Positions 1 through 10,334 of a DNA stretch of 59,654 nt are shown piece after piece. The DNA lies in the NCBI GenBank assembly GCA_934489945.1, contig CAKSSY010000004.1, forward strand, positions 1-59,654. The letters run 5' to 3'. Position 1 is the stretch's first letter; each line of letters begins with the position of its first letter. Both the position numbers and the translations under genes were made by a program. The notes below the pieces were generated by a model. The model saw only the letters and a list, made by a program, of their open reading frames with translations. It was not told where the DNA came from and searched no databases. This DNA comes from an uncultured Eubacteriales bacterium (GTDB lineage Bacteria; Bacillota; Clostridia; Oscillospirales; CAG-272).

Positions 1-22
1 AACGCTTTCGATCGTTTGAGAC

Positions 23-1837
23 TCAACTCTCGTCATCCAGTTTCAGAACCGCCATAAATGCTTCCGGCGAGACCTGTACCGAGCCGAGCTGACGCATCTT
101 CTTTTTGCCTTCCTTCTGCTTTTCCAGCAACTTCTTTTTCCGCGTAATATCGCCGCCATAACACTTGGCCAGCACGTCCTTCCGCATGGCCTTGACCGTT
201 TCGCGCGCAATGATTTTGGAACCGATTGCCGCCTGTACCGGCACCTCAAAAAGCTGACGCGGAATATTATCCTTCAATTTTGCCGCAATCTTTCTGGCTC
301 TGGTGTAAGCCTTCTCCTCATGTACAATGAAGGAAAGAGCATCCACCTGCTCTCCGTTCAGAAGAAAGTCGAGTTTGACCAGTTTGCTCGGCACATAGCC
401 TTTGATCTCGTAATCCAACGACGCATAACCGCGGGAACGGCTCTTGAGCGCATCGAAAAAGTCATAGATAATCTCATTCAGCGGCAAGTCATAGTGAAGC
501 TCCACACGTGCCGTGTCAATGTATTTCATGTCAAGAAACACACCACGCCTGTCCTGACAGAGATCCATAAGCCCTCCCACATACTCCGTCGGTGTAATGA
601 TGTTGGCGGCAACAATCGGTTCCCGTGCCTCCGCAATCTGATCCGGCGACGGAAAATTCGAGGGATTGTCAATTTTCACAATTTCCCCGTTGGTCTTTGT
701 AATCTCATAAATAACACTGGGAGCCGTTGTCACAAGATCCAGATTGAACTCACGTTCAAGCCGTTCCTCAATAATCTCCATATGCAAAAGTCCCAAAAAA
801 CCGCAACGAAAGCCGAATCCGAGGGCAATAGAAGTCTCCGGTTCAAAGATCAGTGCCGCGTCATTGAGTTGCAGCTTTTCGAGTGCGTCCTTTAGATCGC
901 CGTAACGCGCACCGTCCGCCGGATAAATGCCGGCATAAACCATCGGTTGCACCGCTTTGAAACCGGGAAGTGCCGCCGCGGTCGGATTTTCGGCAAGCGT
1001 GATGGTGTCACCGACACGTGTCTCTCCGATACTCTTGATGGACGCCGTAATGTAGCCGACCTCACCCGCCTGCAAACACTCGGTTTTGACAAGGCTCATC
1101 GGTTCCATTTTGCCGACATCCACTACGTCAAAGGTTTTGCCGTTACTCATCATGAGAATCTTGTCACCCGATTTCACTTTGCCGTCCACAACCTTGACAT
1201 AGACAACAACCCCGAGATAGCTGTCATAATATGAGTCGAACACCAGACACCGCAACGGTGCGTTTTCGTCTCCTGTCGGCGCGGGGATGTCCGAAACAAC
1301 CTTTTCGAGTACCTTATCAATGTTGATTCCCGCCTTTGCCGAAACCGCCGGACAATCCTCAGCCGGTATTCCTATCACATCTTCAATCTCGTTCCGTACC
1401 TTTTCGACATCGGCAGAAGGCAGATCGATCTTGTTGATGACGGGAATGATTTCAAGATTGGAGTCTGCCGCAAGATAGGCGTTAGCAAGAGTCTGTGCCT
1501 CAATTCCCTGCGTGGCGTCCACAACCAACAACGCCCCTTCACAGGCATTCAGAGAGCGCGAAACCTCGTAGTTAAAGTCAACATGACCGGGGGTATCAAT
1601 CAGATTCAATTCATACACCTCGCCGTTCGGGGCGGTGTAATTCAGACGAACGGCACGCGCTTTGATTGTGATACCGCGTTCACGTTCCAGTTCCATGTTG
1701 TCCAGAATCTGTTCCTCCATATCACGCTTGGCAACCGTCTGTGTCAACTCCAGAATACGGTCGGCAAGCGTCGACTTACCATGATCGATATGGGCAATAA
1801 TGGAAAAATTCCGTATGTGTTTTTGTCTTTCGTTCAT
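23..1837 (-). CDS. lepA: Translation elongation factor 4 (LepA)
   Basis: ORF 23..1870. GTPase motifs [17 protein letters not shown] and NKID, plus a full LepA-type C-terminus. Start moved to MNERQKH (ATG at 1837), which has GAGG about 5 nt upstream. Confidence 0.95.
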   Translation of the reverse strand: MNERQKHIRNFSIIAHIDHGKSTLADRILELTQTVAKRDMEEQILDNMELERERGITIKARAVRLNYTAPNGEVYELNLIDTPGHVDFNYEVSRSLNACEGALLVVDATQGIEAQTLANAYLAADSNLEIIPVINKIDLPSADVEKVRNEIEDVIGIPAEDCPAVSAKAGINIDKVLEKVVSDIPAPTGDENAPLRCLVFDSYYDSYLGVVVYVKVVDGKVKSGDKILMMSNGKTFDVVDVGKMEPMSLVKTECLQAGEVGYITASIKSIGETRVGDTITLAENPTAAALPGFKAVQPMVYAGIYPADGARYGDLKDALEKLQLNDAALIFEPETSIALGFGFRCGFLGLLHMEIIEERLEREFNLDLVTTAPSVIYEITKTNGEIVKIDNPSNFPSPDQIAEAREPIVAANIITPTEYVGGLMDLCQDRRGVFLDMKYIDTARVELHYDLPLNEIIYDFFDALKSRSRGYASLDYEIKGYVPSKLVKLDFLLNGEQVDALSFIVHEEKAYTRARKIAAKLKDNIPRQLFEVPVQAAIGSKIIARETVKAMRKDVLAKCYGGDITRKKKLLEKQKEGKKKMRQLGSVQVSPEAFMAVLKLDDES

Positions 1838-1957
1838 ATTTTCCTCTGTATTTCCGATATAATACATCATTATACCGTATTTTTTCCTTTTTCACAAGGT
1901 CTTTTTTCTTTTTTCATAAAAAAAAGAAAAAGTCTGCCGTTTCCCGCACTCTGTGCG

Positions 1958-1986
1958 ATTGACAATTCGCCGACAATGTGATACAA
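1958..1986 (+). promoter_or_regulatory. Sigma-A type promoter for manA
   Basis: TTGACA (1958-1963), 17-bp spacer, TACAAT (1981-1986), 31 nt upstream of the ATG at 2018. Confidence 0.6.
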
Positions 1987-2017
1987 TACAAAATATTAAC
2001 AAGAAGAAGGTATTCAC

Positions 2018-2980
2018 ATGAATCGCTATCCTTTGAAGCTGAAATACTATTCCAAAACCGCACTTTGGGGCGGCAATACGCTGAAAACAGAGTGGGGCAA
2101 AGAATGTTCCTTTGATAAACTTGCCGAAACATGGGAGCTGACCGTCCGCGACGACGCAGTAAACACCATTGAAAACGGAGAAGCCGCCGGAAAAACACTG
2201 GCAGAATATCTTGCCACCACACCCGGTGCAATAGGAACCGCCGGGACGGATTCCCGCTTTCCGCTCCTCATTAAACTGATTGATGCGGCGGACAAACTGT
2301 CCATTCAGGTACATCCGACCGATGCTTATGCCACCAAAACGGAACACGACTCCGGCAAAACCGAAATGTGGTATATTGTTTCCGCCGAAGAGGGTGCCGA
2401 AATTGTCTACGGTCTCGCCGACTTTATGGATGCCAATGATTTTCGCGCCTGTGTCCGCTCCGGTGAAATCAACAAGGCACTCAAGACCGTAAAGGTTCAT
2501 GCAGGGGAATGTTACTTTATTCCTGCCGGCATGGTACACGCAATCGGAAAAGGATGTCTCATTGCCGAAATTCAGCAAAACTCCGATCTGACTTACCGCG
2601 TTTATGATTACGACCGTCGCGATGCCGATGGAAAACTGCGCGAACTGCATACCGAAAAGGCATTGGATGTTGTTACCGCCTTTACCCAACAGGAAATTGA
2701 CGCCATTCGTTTTTCCAGATTTCCCGCTATAGATGCCGGAATCTGCCTCGCCGCCTGCCCCTATTTTGAGGTTCATATGCTCTCTCTGCGTGGTTACTCA
2801 CAGGAACTTTGCACCACAGACAAAAGTTTTCATTCTGTCCTCTGCATCGACGGTAACGGATTCCTCCTGTGCGACAGCAAACAGTACCCGCTCAACCGCG
2901 GCGACAGCTATTTCCTTCCCGCCGGCATGGGAAAATATACACTTTGCGGCAATGCAAAAATCATCCTTTCCTGTCTTTGA
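2018..2980 (+). CDS. manA: Mannose-6-phosphate isomerase, class I (Firmicute short type)
   Basis: 320 aa. Cupin metal-site motifs LSIQVHPTD, GKTEMWYI and AGMVHAIG. N-terminus (YPLKL...ALWGG) is typical of Bacillus Pmi-type enzymes. Confidence 0.85.
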   Translation: MNRYPLKLKYYSKTALWGGNTLKTEWGKECSFDKLAETWELTVRDDAVNTIENGEAAGKTLAEYLATTPGAIGTAGTDSRFPLLIKLIDAADKLSIQVHPTDAYATKTEHDSGKTEMWYIVSAEEGAEIVYGLADFMDANDFRACVRSGEINKALKTVKVHAGECYFIPAGMVHAIGKGCLIAEIQQNSDLTYRVYDYDRRDADGKLRELHTEKALDVVTAFTQQEIDAIRFSRFPAIDAGICLAACPYFEVHMLSLRGYSQELCTTDKSFHSVLCIDGNGFLLCDSKQYPLNRGDSYFLPAGMGKYTLCGNAKIILSCL

Positions 2981-3015
2981 TTTTGGATCAATCTGTCAAA
3001 AAGAGGTAGAAAAAC

Positions 3016-3747
3016 ATGAGTCTTCTTCTGGTCTTCGCCTTCCTGTTTTTTGCGGGAAGCCTTATCGGATGGTGTATTGAAGTGCTTTACCGCCGCTTTG
3101 TCGCCAACCGAAAAACCAAAAAATGGATCAACCCCGGATTTCTCAACGGACCCTATCTGCCACTGTACGGTTTCGGTCTGTGCGCCCTTTATCTTCTGGC
3201 ACAAATTGATGTTTCTTTTATTCCCGTAAAATGGTTGGCTGACCTGGTTCTGTTTATCATGATGGCAATCGTCATGACAGCCATTGAATTTGTGGCAGGT
3301 CTTATCTTCATCCGCGGCATGAAGATCAAACTTTGGGACTATTCCACGCGTCCGGGCAACATCGGAGGCATCATCTGTCCGTTGTTCTCCTTCTTCTGGG
3401 CGGTTCTTTCGGCGGTCTACTATCTCTTCATCCATCCGTATGTAGAACAATCCATTGCCTGGCTCTCCGGGCATTTGGTGTTTTCGTTTGTCATCGGATT
3501 CTTCTTCGGTGTCCTCACAATAGACTTCTGCGTCTCCATCCAGCTTACCGCACGTATCCGTCGCTTTGCCAAGGATAATCATATTGTTGTCCGTTACGAA
3601 GCACTGAAAACACACATTGCCACTCTCAGTGCGGAACACAAGAAAAAGGCAAAATTTCTGTTTGCTTTTCATACGGAAATGCCGTTCTCGGGAATCCTGC
3701 GCCGCTATCTGAAAAACGAGAACAAAACCGAACAAAATCAAAAATAA
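3016..3747 (+). CDS. Polytopic membrane protein, 'putative ABC-transporter type IV' (DUF1113/PF06541-like)
   Basis: 243 aa. GWCIEVLYRRF...NPGFLNGPYLPLYGFG motif and several hydrophobic helices. RBS AGAGG lies 9 nt upstream. Confidence 0.6.
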   Translation: MSLLLVFAFLFFAGSLIGWCIEVLYRRFVANRKTKKWINPGFLNGPYLPLYGFGLCALYLLAQIDVSFIPVKWLADLVLFIMMAIVMTAIEFVAGLIFIRGMKIKLWDYSTRPGNIGGIICPLFSFFWAVLSAVYYLFIHPYVEQSIAWLSGHLVFSFVIGFFFGVLTIDFCVSIQLTARIRRFAKDNHIVVRYEALKTHIATLSAEHKKKAKFLFAFHTEMPFSGILRRYLKNENKTEQNQK

Positions 3748-3833
3748 TGTGTAGCTCCCCTTGTCGGCGATCGAAAAGTCAAAGACAAAGGGAGCTTTTG
3801 TAAAAAACATTGATTGTGCGATACATACCACGG

Positions 3834-4598
3834 TCAGGAACGTTTTTCCCGATAGTCGGACGGCGACATTCCGATTTCTGTCCGAAACAGACGGCTGAAA
3901 TAAAACGGATCGCGAAATCCTGCCGACTCCGCCACTTCACGAATCGAAAAATTGGAAGAGATCAACATATTCTTTGCCTTTTCCAAACGCAAATAGTTGA
4001 TATATCTGACCGGTGAAGTGTTGCCCACGTTATGAAACACCCGGCGTATGTGTACCTCCGAAAGATTCATCTGAGAGGCAATACAACTGACCGAAAAATC
4101 AGGGTCGGTATAGTGTTCCAGAACACAATCCGTAATCCGGGAAAACAGCGCGGCACCCGAACTGTAGCTTTTACTCTCAATCCGGATCGCTTCTGCATAC
4201 AACCGATAAAGAAGGGAGAAAGATTGGGCAAACCCGACTGGATTCTGCTTGCTCCAAAGATAAAACAATTTTCGGAAATCATTCCCTGTGTTCGGAGGGA
4301 CATTTGGAAAAACAGCACTTCTCTGTACACTTACTTCGTTACCGAAATCAAAATCCACACAAATAAATTCGGTTTTTTCCCGGACCCGAATTTCGTAAAC
4401 ACTGTCTTTTGCCAGATAGAAAAAACCACCGGATCCGGCAGTAAAGGAATATCCGTCAAATACATACTCGGCACTGCCAGCAGAAAAACAAACAAAACCG
4501 TCACTGTGCCTGCCGACATTTTTCCTGCCGATAATACCGGGGCGAAAGGCCCCCTCAAAGACACGGTGAATTGCGGTAATCGTAAGAGCAGCTTTCAT
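3834..4598 (-). CDS. AraC family transcriptional regulator (cupin-like N-domain plus HTH)
   Basis: 254 aa. C-terminal AraC HTH (SPVRYINYLRLEKAKNMLISSNFSIREVAESAGFRDPFYFSRLFR). GGAGG lies 8 nt upstream of the ATG. Divergent from the GRE gene. Confidence 0.85.
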   Translation of the reverse strand: MKAALTITAIHRVFEGAFRPGIIGRKNVGRHSDGFVCFSAGSAEYVFDGYSFTAGSGGFFYLAKDSVYEIRVREKTEFICVDFDFGNEVSVQRSAVFPNVPPNTGNDFRKLFYLWSKQNPVGFAQSFSLLYRLYAEAIRIESKSYSSGAALFSRITDCVLEHYTDPDFSVSCIASQMNLSEVHIRRVFHNVGNTSPVRYINYLRLEKAKNMLISSNFSIREVAESAGFRDPFYFSRLFRTEIGMSPSDYREKRS

Positions 4599-4788
4599 AT
4601 TTCTGTCCTCCGTCGGTCATTCTTCTCCGATTGTATCACATTCGGCTCCGTGCGTCAAGACACCTCCGCAAGAAAGATGTTCAAAAAATCCATGTCGTTT
4701 CTTTTGTCTATTTACTTTATTCCTGCCCTGTGATAACCTGTAGGGGATCCGGAAACGTTGCGGATCGGAAAGGATTGAGAACATTCGC

Positions 4789-6822
4789 ATGAACCTCGTC
4801 GATAAAAAGTTCCCGCCCTATGATAACGCCGACACATTGGAAAACGACTCAGATATTATCGTTTTCCTGCTCGACCATTGTACACTGACCGTTCCGACAG
4901 AAAACTGCTTTTTTGTCAATATCGAAAACAAAGTACGCCCTCAAACACTTTCCTACCATGCCGTAAACCTCGGTCCGACACTTGCGGAATATCATCTGAA
5001 AGCCGGCATCCGTGCATTGGCTTATACCGGGACATACGACTTCGGACACACATCCGCAGATTGGGAAAGCGTGATGCGCCTCGGCATTTACGGTCTGCGA
5101 AACCGGATTGCCGAATTTGCAGACAAAAACACGGATACCAAAAAAACGAAATTTTACAATAACGCCCTCCGTGTATATGACGCGGCACTCCGATTCATGA
5201 AACGCGCCGCAAATGAGGCATACCGTGCCGGCAAACAGGAGATGGGCGACGGACTGTCCGCACTGACTCATAAAGCTCCGTATAATCTCTTTACCGCTAT
5301 GCAGACATCCCTTGTCTATTACAGCCTGCAACAATACTTTGAACGAACTGTCCTGCGTACACTCGGACGGCTGGACAGCCTGTTTTATCCTTTTTATAAA
5401 GAAGAAAGCCCTTCCGATGCCGAACAGCTTCTCACGGAATATCTGAAGGAAATTGACCGGATCCACGCCGACTCCAATCTTCCGTTTGCAATCGGCGGTA
5501 CCGACATAAACGGAACCAGTACGGTCAATTCTTTGTCTTATGCCCTTCTGAGAACCTATCAACGGTTGCCGCTTCAGAATACCAAACTGCATTTTCTCTG
5601 CTCGGAAAATATGCCGGATGATCTTGTCACAGAAGCCTTGGACGGCGTCCGAAACGGCAAAAACAGTATCGTTTTCCTCTCTGATGAAAAAATCATTGCT
5701 TCTCTGGAAAAACTCGGAGCAGAAAAAGCCGATGCGGTGAATTACCGTGTCGTCGGATGTTACGAATGCGGAGCGCGCGATGAATTGACCTGCTCCTGTA
5801 ACGCGAGAGTAAATATTGTCAAAGCATTGGAGTATACCCTGAACGGCGGACGGGATATGCTGACAGGAGAACAGATCGGACTTGATACCCCGAGTATCTT
5901 TCCGTCTTTCGATGCGTTGTATGAGGAATTTTCAAGACAGTTAATCCATTTGTGCCGTTGCGCCATGCTTTCGACCGATCTGTATGAGATACATAATCCC
6001 GAACTTCACGCCTCTCCCATTCTGTCAGGCACCTATCTCTCGGCTTTGAAGAAAGGCGGAGACCTGTATTGCAACTGTTCGGCAAAATACAATAATTCCT
6101 CGGTAAATGCAATCGGAATTGCAACAGCAACCGATTCTCTTGAAGCCATCCGAAAAGCGGTTTTTGAGGACAAAATCCTGACACTTGAGGACTTCGTCCG
6201 TGTCCTGAAATCCGATTGGGAAGGACAGGAACCTCTTCGACTCCGGATCCGAAATCGCTATCCGAAATTCGGGCAGGATAACAATTCCGTGGATAAACTG
6301 GCAAGGGATATTGCCAAAACGCTTGCCTCGGCAATCAACGGTCAACCGAACAAAAAAGGCGGTGTTTACCGTTTGGGGCTGTTCTCCATTAACTGGCGGT
6401 GGGAAATGGGTGCCAAGACCGCCGCTTCCGCCGACGGAAGACACGCCGGAGAAACGCTCTCGCAAAATACCGGTGCGACCTTTGGTGCCGATTGTTTCGG
6501 CGCGACCGCACATCTGAAATCGGTAGCCCGCATAGATGCCACCGACACCCCGAACGGTTCTGTTGCCGATATAGATATGCACATCTCCGCCGTACAAGGG
6601 GAAAACGGACTCCGCGCCATGCTTGCCACTCTGAGAACCTACTTTGCCCTTGGCGGCTTTGGTGTACACTATAACATTCTCGACACGGAAATCCTGAAAA
6701 AAGCCAAAAACTCCCCGGCGTTGTATCCAAACCTGCAAGTGCGGCTTTGCGGCTGGAATGTTCTTTTTTCCTCTCTCAGCGAAAAAGAAAAAGATGAATT
6801 CATTGCGAGGTCCGAAAAATGA
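4789..6822 (+). CDS. Glycyl-radical enzyme, PFL2/glycerol-dehydratase-like, unknown substrate
   Basis: 677 aa. Cys loop VVGC(324)YE(326)CG. Family blocks GGTD.NG...NSLSY, DSLEAIRKAVFE, YPKFGQDNN and ADGRHAGE. C-terminal radical domain has YPNLQVRLCG(655)WNVLF. Confidence 0.85.
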   Translation: MNLVDKKFPPYDNADTLENDSDIIVFLLDHCTLTVPTENCFFVNIENKVRPQTLSYHAVNLGPTLAEYHLKAGIRALAYTGTYDFGHTSADWESVMRLGIYGLRNRIAEFADKNTDTKKTKFYNNALRVYDAALRFMKRAANEAYRAGKQEMGDGLSALTHKAPYNLFTAMQTSLVYYSLQQYFERTVLRTLGRLDSLFYPFYKEESPSDAEQLLTEYLKEIDRIHADSNLPFAIGGTDINGTSTVNSLSYALLRTYQRLPLQNTKLHFLCSENMPDDLVTEALDGVRNGKNSIVFLSDEKIIASLEKLGAEKADAVNYRVVGCYECGARDELTCSCNARVNIVKALEYTLNGGRDMLTGEQIGLDTPSIFPSFDALYEEFSRQLIHLCRCAMLSTDLYEIHNPELHASPILSGTYLSALKKGGDLYCNCSAKYNNSSVNAIGIATATDSLEAIRKAVFEDKILTLEDFVRVLKSDWEGQEPLRLRIRNRYPKFGQDNNSVDKLARDIAKTLASAINGQPNKKGGVYRLGLFSINWRWEMGAKTAASADGRHAGETLSQNTGATFGADCFGATAHLKSVARIDATDTPNGSVADIDMHISAVQGENGLRAMLATLRTYFALGGFGVHYNILDTEILKKAKNSPALYPNLQVRLCGWNVLFSSLSEKEKDEFIARSEK

Positions 6823-7643
6823 AAGGAATCATTTCCGGAATCAAACGAATGGAAATTCACGACGGAGACGGGTTGCGAACCACGGTTTTTTTCAAGGGCT
6901 GCCCGTTGAAATGCCTTTGGTGCCACAACCCGGAAAGCATTCTTCCCAAACCGCAGATCGCGTTTTTCAGGGAGAAATGTATCGGCTGCGGAGCCTGTCA
7001 CGGCGAACGAACCGAGATTGCCGCAAAGAACTGTCCGACCGAGGCACTCGTTGCCTACGGCAGACAGATGGAACCGGAAGAACTGGTTGCCGAATTGCAA
7101 AAAGATGACGTATTTTTCCGTCAGAGTGGCGGAGGCGTTACCCTGTCAGGCGGAGAATGTCTTGCGCAACCGGCATTTGCTCTTGAGGTGGCACGATTGT
7201 TGTCCGAAAAGCGGATCAGTGTCTATGTTGACACCTGCGGCTTTGTGCAACGCCGGACATTGGCGGCAATGCTTCCGTATACCGACAAATTTTTGTATGA
7301 CATCAAGGCAATAAATCCTGCCGTACACAAAAAATGTACCGGACAGGACAACGCACAAATCCTGGACAACCTGAAATTCCTGTCTGCCTCCGGCAGTCGG
7401 ATAGAAGTCCGATATCCCCTCATTCAAGGCTATAACGACGGGGAAGCAAAAGAAATCGGTCGTTTTTTGCAAAACCTTCCGGGAATCACTGCCGTTAAGG
7501 TTCTGAAATACCATCGGTTTGCCGGTTCCCGCTATGAGGCACTCGGAATGAAAAACACACTGCCCGACACCGAGACCACCGATTTCACCATGAAAACCGT
7601 CATGCAAACTTTGAAAAACTACGGACTCAATGTCATAATCTGA
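6819..7643 (+). CDS. Glycyl-radical enzyme activating protein (radical SAM)
   Basis: 274 aa. CPLKCLWCHNPES (C28/C32/C35) after the GDG.R..VF.KGC motif. One ferredoxin-like CIGCGAC...NCP motif. ATGA overlap with the GRE stop. GAGG lies 8 nt upstream. Confidence 0.9.
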   Translation: MKGIISGIKRMEIHDGDGLRTTVFFKGCPLKCLWCHNPESILPKPQIAFFREKCIGCGACHGERTEIAAKNCPTEALVAYGRQMEPEELVAELQKDDVFFRQSGGGVTLSGGECLAQPAFALEVARLLSEKRISVYVDTCGFVQRRTLAAMLPYTDKFLYDIKAINPAVHKKCTGQDNAQILDNLKFLSASGSRIEVRYPLIQGYNDGEAKEIGRFLQNLPGITAVKVLKYHRFAGSRYEALGMKNTLPDTETTDFTMKTVMQTLKNYGLNVII

Positions 7644-7656
7644 ATCGTACCTTTAT

Positions 7657-7717
7657 AAAAAAACCTTATCGCAACATTGGAAAAAACAATGTATCCTGTA
7701 TGCGATAAGGTTTTTTT
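7657..7717. terminator. Bidirectional intrinsic terminator between the activase and the flavin reductase gene
   Basis: A7 run, stem aaccttatcgca (7662-7673) / tgcgataaggtt (7701-7712), T7 run. A U-tract follows the hairpin on both strands. Confidence 0.7.
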
Positions 7718-8292
7718 CATTTATTCGGCGTTCTTTTCTTTTTCACCGAAAAACCAAATGATCCGATTTTCTTTCCGAGGGCAAAATACTCGCCGTGTGC
7801 ATACGCTGTCAGTTTCGCACGGTCAAGATGGAGCTTGCCTTCCTCGTCGATGAGTGTCTCGTCAATGTCAACGGCAACAATGTCGGCAAGAAACATATCG
7901 TGACTCCCCATCGGAATCACGTCGGTCACACGACATTCCAAAGACAGCGGTGACTGTCCGATCAGCGGTGCCTCAACTTCCTGCCCCTTCTCCTTCACTA
8001 AACCGAATTTCTTGAATTTGTCGACCTTTGCGCCTGTGAGAACACCGCAGGAATCACAAGCCCGCACAAGGTCAGAAGGAGTCAGATTGATTACAAACTC
8101 CCGACTTTCCTTGATGATTTCATAGGAATAACGCGACGAACGGACGGATATGTAAGTCTTGGGCGGTGTGCTGTTCACGATTCCCGTCCACGCCACCGTC
8201 AGAACATTCGGCTTCTCCATTGTACCGCAACTGACCATTACCGCCGGCACAGGAGCCAAAAGGGCACCTCCCTTCCACGCAACCTTACTCAT
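7717..8292 (-). CDS. Flavin reductase-like / flavoredoxin family protein
   Basis: ORF 7717..8313. Start set at MSKVAWKGG (8292). Motif LLAPVPAVMVSCG...PNVLTVAWTG is typical of the Flavin_Reduct fold. Overlaps the ppiB stop by 8 nt. Confidence 0.75.
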   Translation of the reverse strand: MSKVAWKGGALLAPVPAVMVSCGTMEKPNVLTVAWTGIVNSTPPKTYISVRSSRYSYEIIKESREFVINLTPSDLVRACDSCGVLTGAKVDKFKKFGLVKEKGQEVEAPLIGQSPLSLECRVTDVIPMGSHDMFLADIVAVDIDETLIDEEGKLHLDRAKLTAYAHGEYFALGKKIGSFGFSVKKKRTPNK

Positions 8293-8791
8293 GGAGCATC
8301 TCCATTCGTTCAATCACAACATCGTCAACCGGCCAGTCCTCGTAATACCGCATTTTTGTGGTAGTTCTGACCTTGGCAATGCTGTCGATCACATCCTCAC
8401 CCTCAATCACCTTGCCGAATGCGGCATACTGGGCATCTAGGTGCGGAGAATCCTTATGCATGATAAAAAACTGTGAGGTTGCCGAATCCGGCACCATGGT
8501 GCGCGCCATGGAAAGAACGCCCCGCGTGTGCTTCAGTGTGTTCTGTGCGAAGCCGTTAGCGGCAAATTCGCCGTAAATGCTTTCCGTTTCCTTCGGATTG
8601 TGTTCCTCATCAAAGCCGCCGCCCTGGATCATAAAGCCGGGAATGACGCGGTGGAAAATGAGACCGTCATAAAAGCCCTTTTCAACGAGCGATGTAAAGT
8701 TTTCGACTGTGGCAGGTGCCATGTCGGGGTAAAGTTCGGCAATCATAGTGCCAAACTTTTTAACCGTGATTTTAACCTTCGGATGATTCAT
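8285..8791 (-). CDS. ppiB: Peptidyl-prolyl cis-trans isomerase, cyclophilin type
   Basis: ORF 8285..8941. Start set at MNHPKVKI (8791). Motifs FHRVIPGFMIQGGG, SMAR and SQFFI. Confidence 0.9.
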   Translation of the reverse strand: MNHPKVKITVKKFGTMIAELYPDMAPATVENFTSLVEKGFYDGLIFHRVIPGFMIQGGGFDEEHNPKETESIYGEFAANGFAQNTLKHTRGVLSMARTMVPDSATSQFFIMHKDSPHLDAQYAAFGKVIEGEDVIDSIAKVRTTTKMRYYEDWPVDDVVIERMEMLHE

Positions 8792-9185
8792 TTTGATTCT
8801 GACTTTCCTTTCCTTCTTCATATGCCATGTGGAACAACTCCGCGATACGCTCTCCGCGTCCGCAAAGATACAGATAGCCGAAAAGTGCCTCGAAACCGGT
8901 CGCCATACGGTACTCCGCGACCGTGGCACGCTTCGGGACATTGGTGTGTCCGATATTTCTGCCTCTGTGGTAAACTGCGTCCTCCTCTTCCGTCAGGAAG
9001 GGGAGGATTTTTTTCACAGCCGACGCCTGCGCCCCCGCCGTCACATATTGTAAAGCCTCGGCATTGAGTCTGCGCGAATCGGAAATTCCCTTTTCGACCA
9101 ACAACTCCCTTACCGAAATCTCCACCACACTGTCACCGAGGTACGCAAGAGCCGCTGTGCTGACAAGTCTTGGGTCAAGTGCCAT
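8772..9185 (-). CDS. mrnC: Mini-ribonuclease 3 (MrnC)
   Basis: ORF 8772..9206. LAYLGDSV...E and ATGFEALFGYLYL RNase III-like motifs. Start preferred at MALDPRL (9185), which has GGAG 7 nt upstream. Overlaps the ppiB start by 20 nt. Confidence 0.8.
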   Translation of the reverse strand: MALDPRLVSTAALAYLGDSVVEISVRELLVEKGISDSRRLNAEALQYVTAGAQASAVKKILPFLTEEEDAVYHRGRNIGHTNVPKRATVAEYRMATGFEALFGYLYLCGRGERIAELFHMAYEEGKESQNQNESSEG

Positions 9186-9215
9186 ATCTGTTCTCCGTTC
9201 CGTCATTTCCTGTTT

Positions 9216-9244
9216 ATTTTACCACAGTTTTCCTGTTTTGTCAA
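9216..9244 (-). promoter_or_regulatory. Sigma-A type promoter for mrnC-ppiB-flavoredoxin
   Basis: On the minus strand: TTGACA (9244-9239), 17 bp, TAAAAT (9221-9216). Confidence 0.55.
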
Positions 9245-9268
9245 TCGGATACGCAGAACAACGGCAGT

Positions 9269-10096
9269 TCACTTTTCGCTCGTTTCCCTCCCGTCCGTAA
9301 AAAGATCGGTAGAGGTCGAATAGGTAATCACCGCACTTTCAATCACCTCGTTTCCGGCACCGATGAGGATACGACGGAAAGAAGAGGCACTGCCACAATA
9401 ATTGATAAGTTTAATGGAATCGCATTTGTAAAATGCCATCGTGCGGATTTCCCGTACATTAGCGGGAAGTGTATAAAAATTTTCAGTACGTCCTGCAGGA
9501 TAACACAGAATGACCTGACCCGCCTTGTCGGTCAGAACGCCGCTCTGATCGCTATAGTTCGGATTTTCGGCGGAAACATAGATGGACTTCAGAGAAAGGC
9601 AACCGCCAAAAGCATAATCCCCCACCGTGATCGTTGCGGCAGGCAGATTCACAGCTTCCAGTCCCGAACCGTAAAAGGCATAAGAACCGATGGAGCGAAT
9701 TGCATCTGTCAGTTCAATTCCCCGCAAGAAAGTACAACCGCGGAACGCATAGTTGCCAACGCCTGTAACCGTCTCGCCTTCCGGACTTTTTTCGGGCAAA
9801 ACAATGATGCTGTCGCGACAGGTCCCCGCACCGCTTACCACACAGGTACCGTCCGAACGACTCTCAAAAAGCAACCCCTTGCTTGAAAGATCCACAACCT
9901 CCGGTTGCGTCTCGGGTTCGGTCTCGGGCGGCAATGTTTGTGTCGGTTCGGTTGTTTCGGTGGTATCCGGCGTTGCCATCACCGGCACGTCGTCGCCTTT
10001 CTCAGCCCCAAGCGTCATCCATAAAAGACAACCGCACAGTAGCACGAGAACCGCAACCGGTACCGCACACAGAATTTTTTTCGTCTTTGTTTTCAT
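9269..10096 (-). CDS. BspA-type leucine-rich repeat (LRR_5) surface protein with N-terminal membrane anchor
   Basis: ORF 9269..10120. Start set at MKTKTKK (10096), with GGAGG 9 nt upstream. Hydrophobic anchor, a Thr/Pro/Glu-rich linker, then repeats of the type I..IG.YAF.GC..L..I.L. Confidence 0.7.
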   Translation of the reverse strand: MKTKTKKILCAVPVAVLVLLCGCLLWMTLGAEKGDDVPVMATPDTTETTEPTQTLPPETEPETQPEVVDLSSKGLLFESRSDGTCVVSGAGTCRDSIIVLPEKSPEGETVTGVGNYAFRGCTFLRGIELTDAIRSIGSYAFYGSGLEAVNLPAATITVGDYAFGGCLSLKSIYVSAENPNYSDQSGVLTDKAGQVILCYPAGRTENFYTLPANVREIRTMAFYKCDSIKLINYCGSASSFRRILIGAGNEVIESAVITYSTSTDLFTDGRETSEK

Positions 10097-10334
10097 CTTC
10101 CTTTTCCTCCTCTCGGGCAATGCCCGATTTTGTTTCCGCCATTTCTGTCGGTAAAAAAAATTATACCAACATTTTCCATTTTGTCAAATGCAACCGTTCG
10201 ACAGTTTCGGAAAAATTACGCCGCTTTTCCCGTCAAAAAAACGAAAGACACGAAAAACACCGTCAGAAATTCACAGAAAACCCAAAAACGGCACGACCGA
10301 TTTCATGCACGAGATGAACGTTTTCGGGGAGGAG

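Noticed and set aside
1871-1950. An A/T-only inverted repeat (cttttttcttttttcat aaaaaaaagaaaaag) between lepA and manA as a regulatory hairpin.
   Set aside because: The arms are out of register by one base and consist purely of A/T. This looks like low-complexity promoter-region sequence rather than a specific structure.
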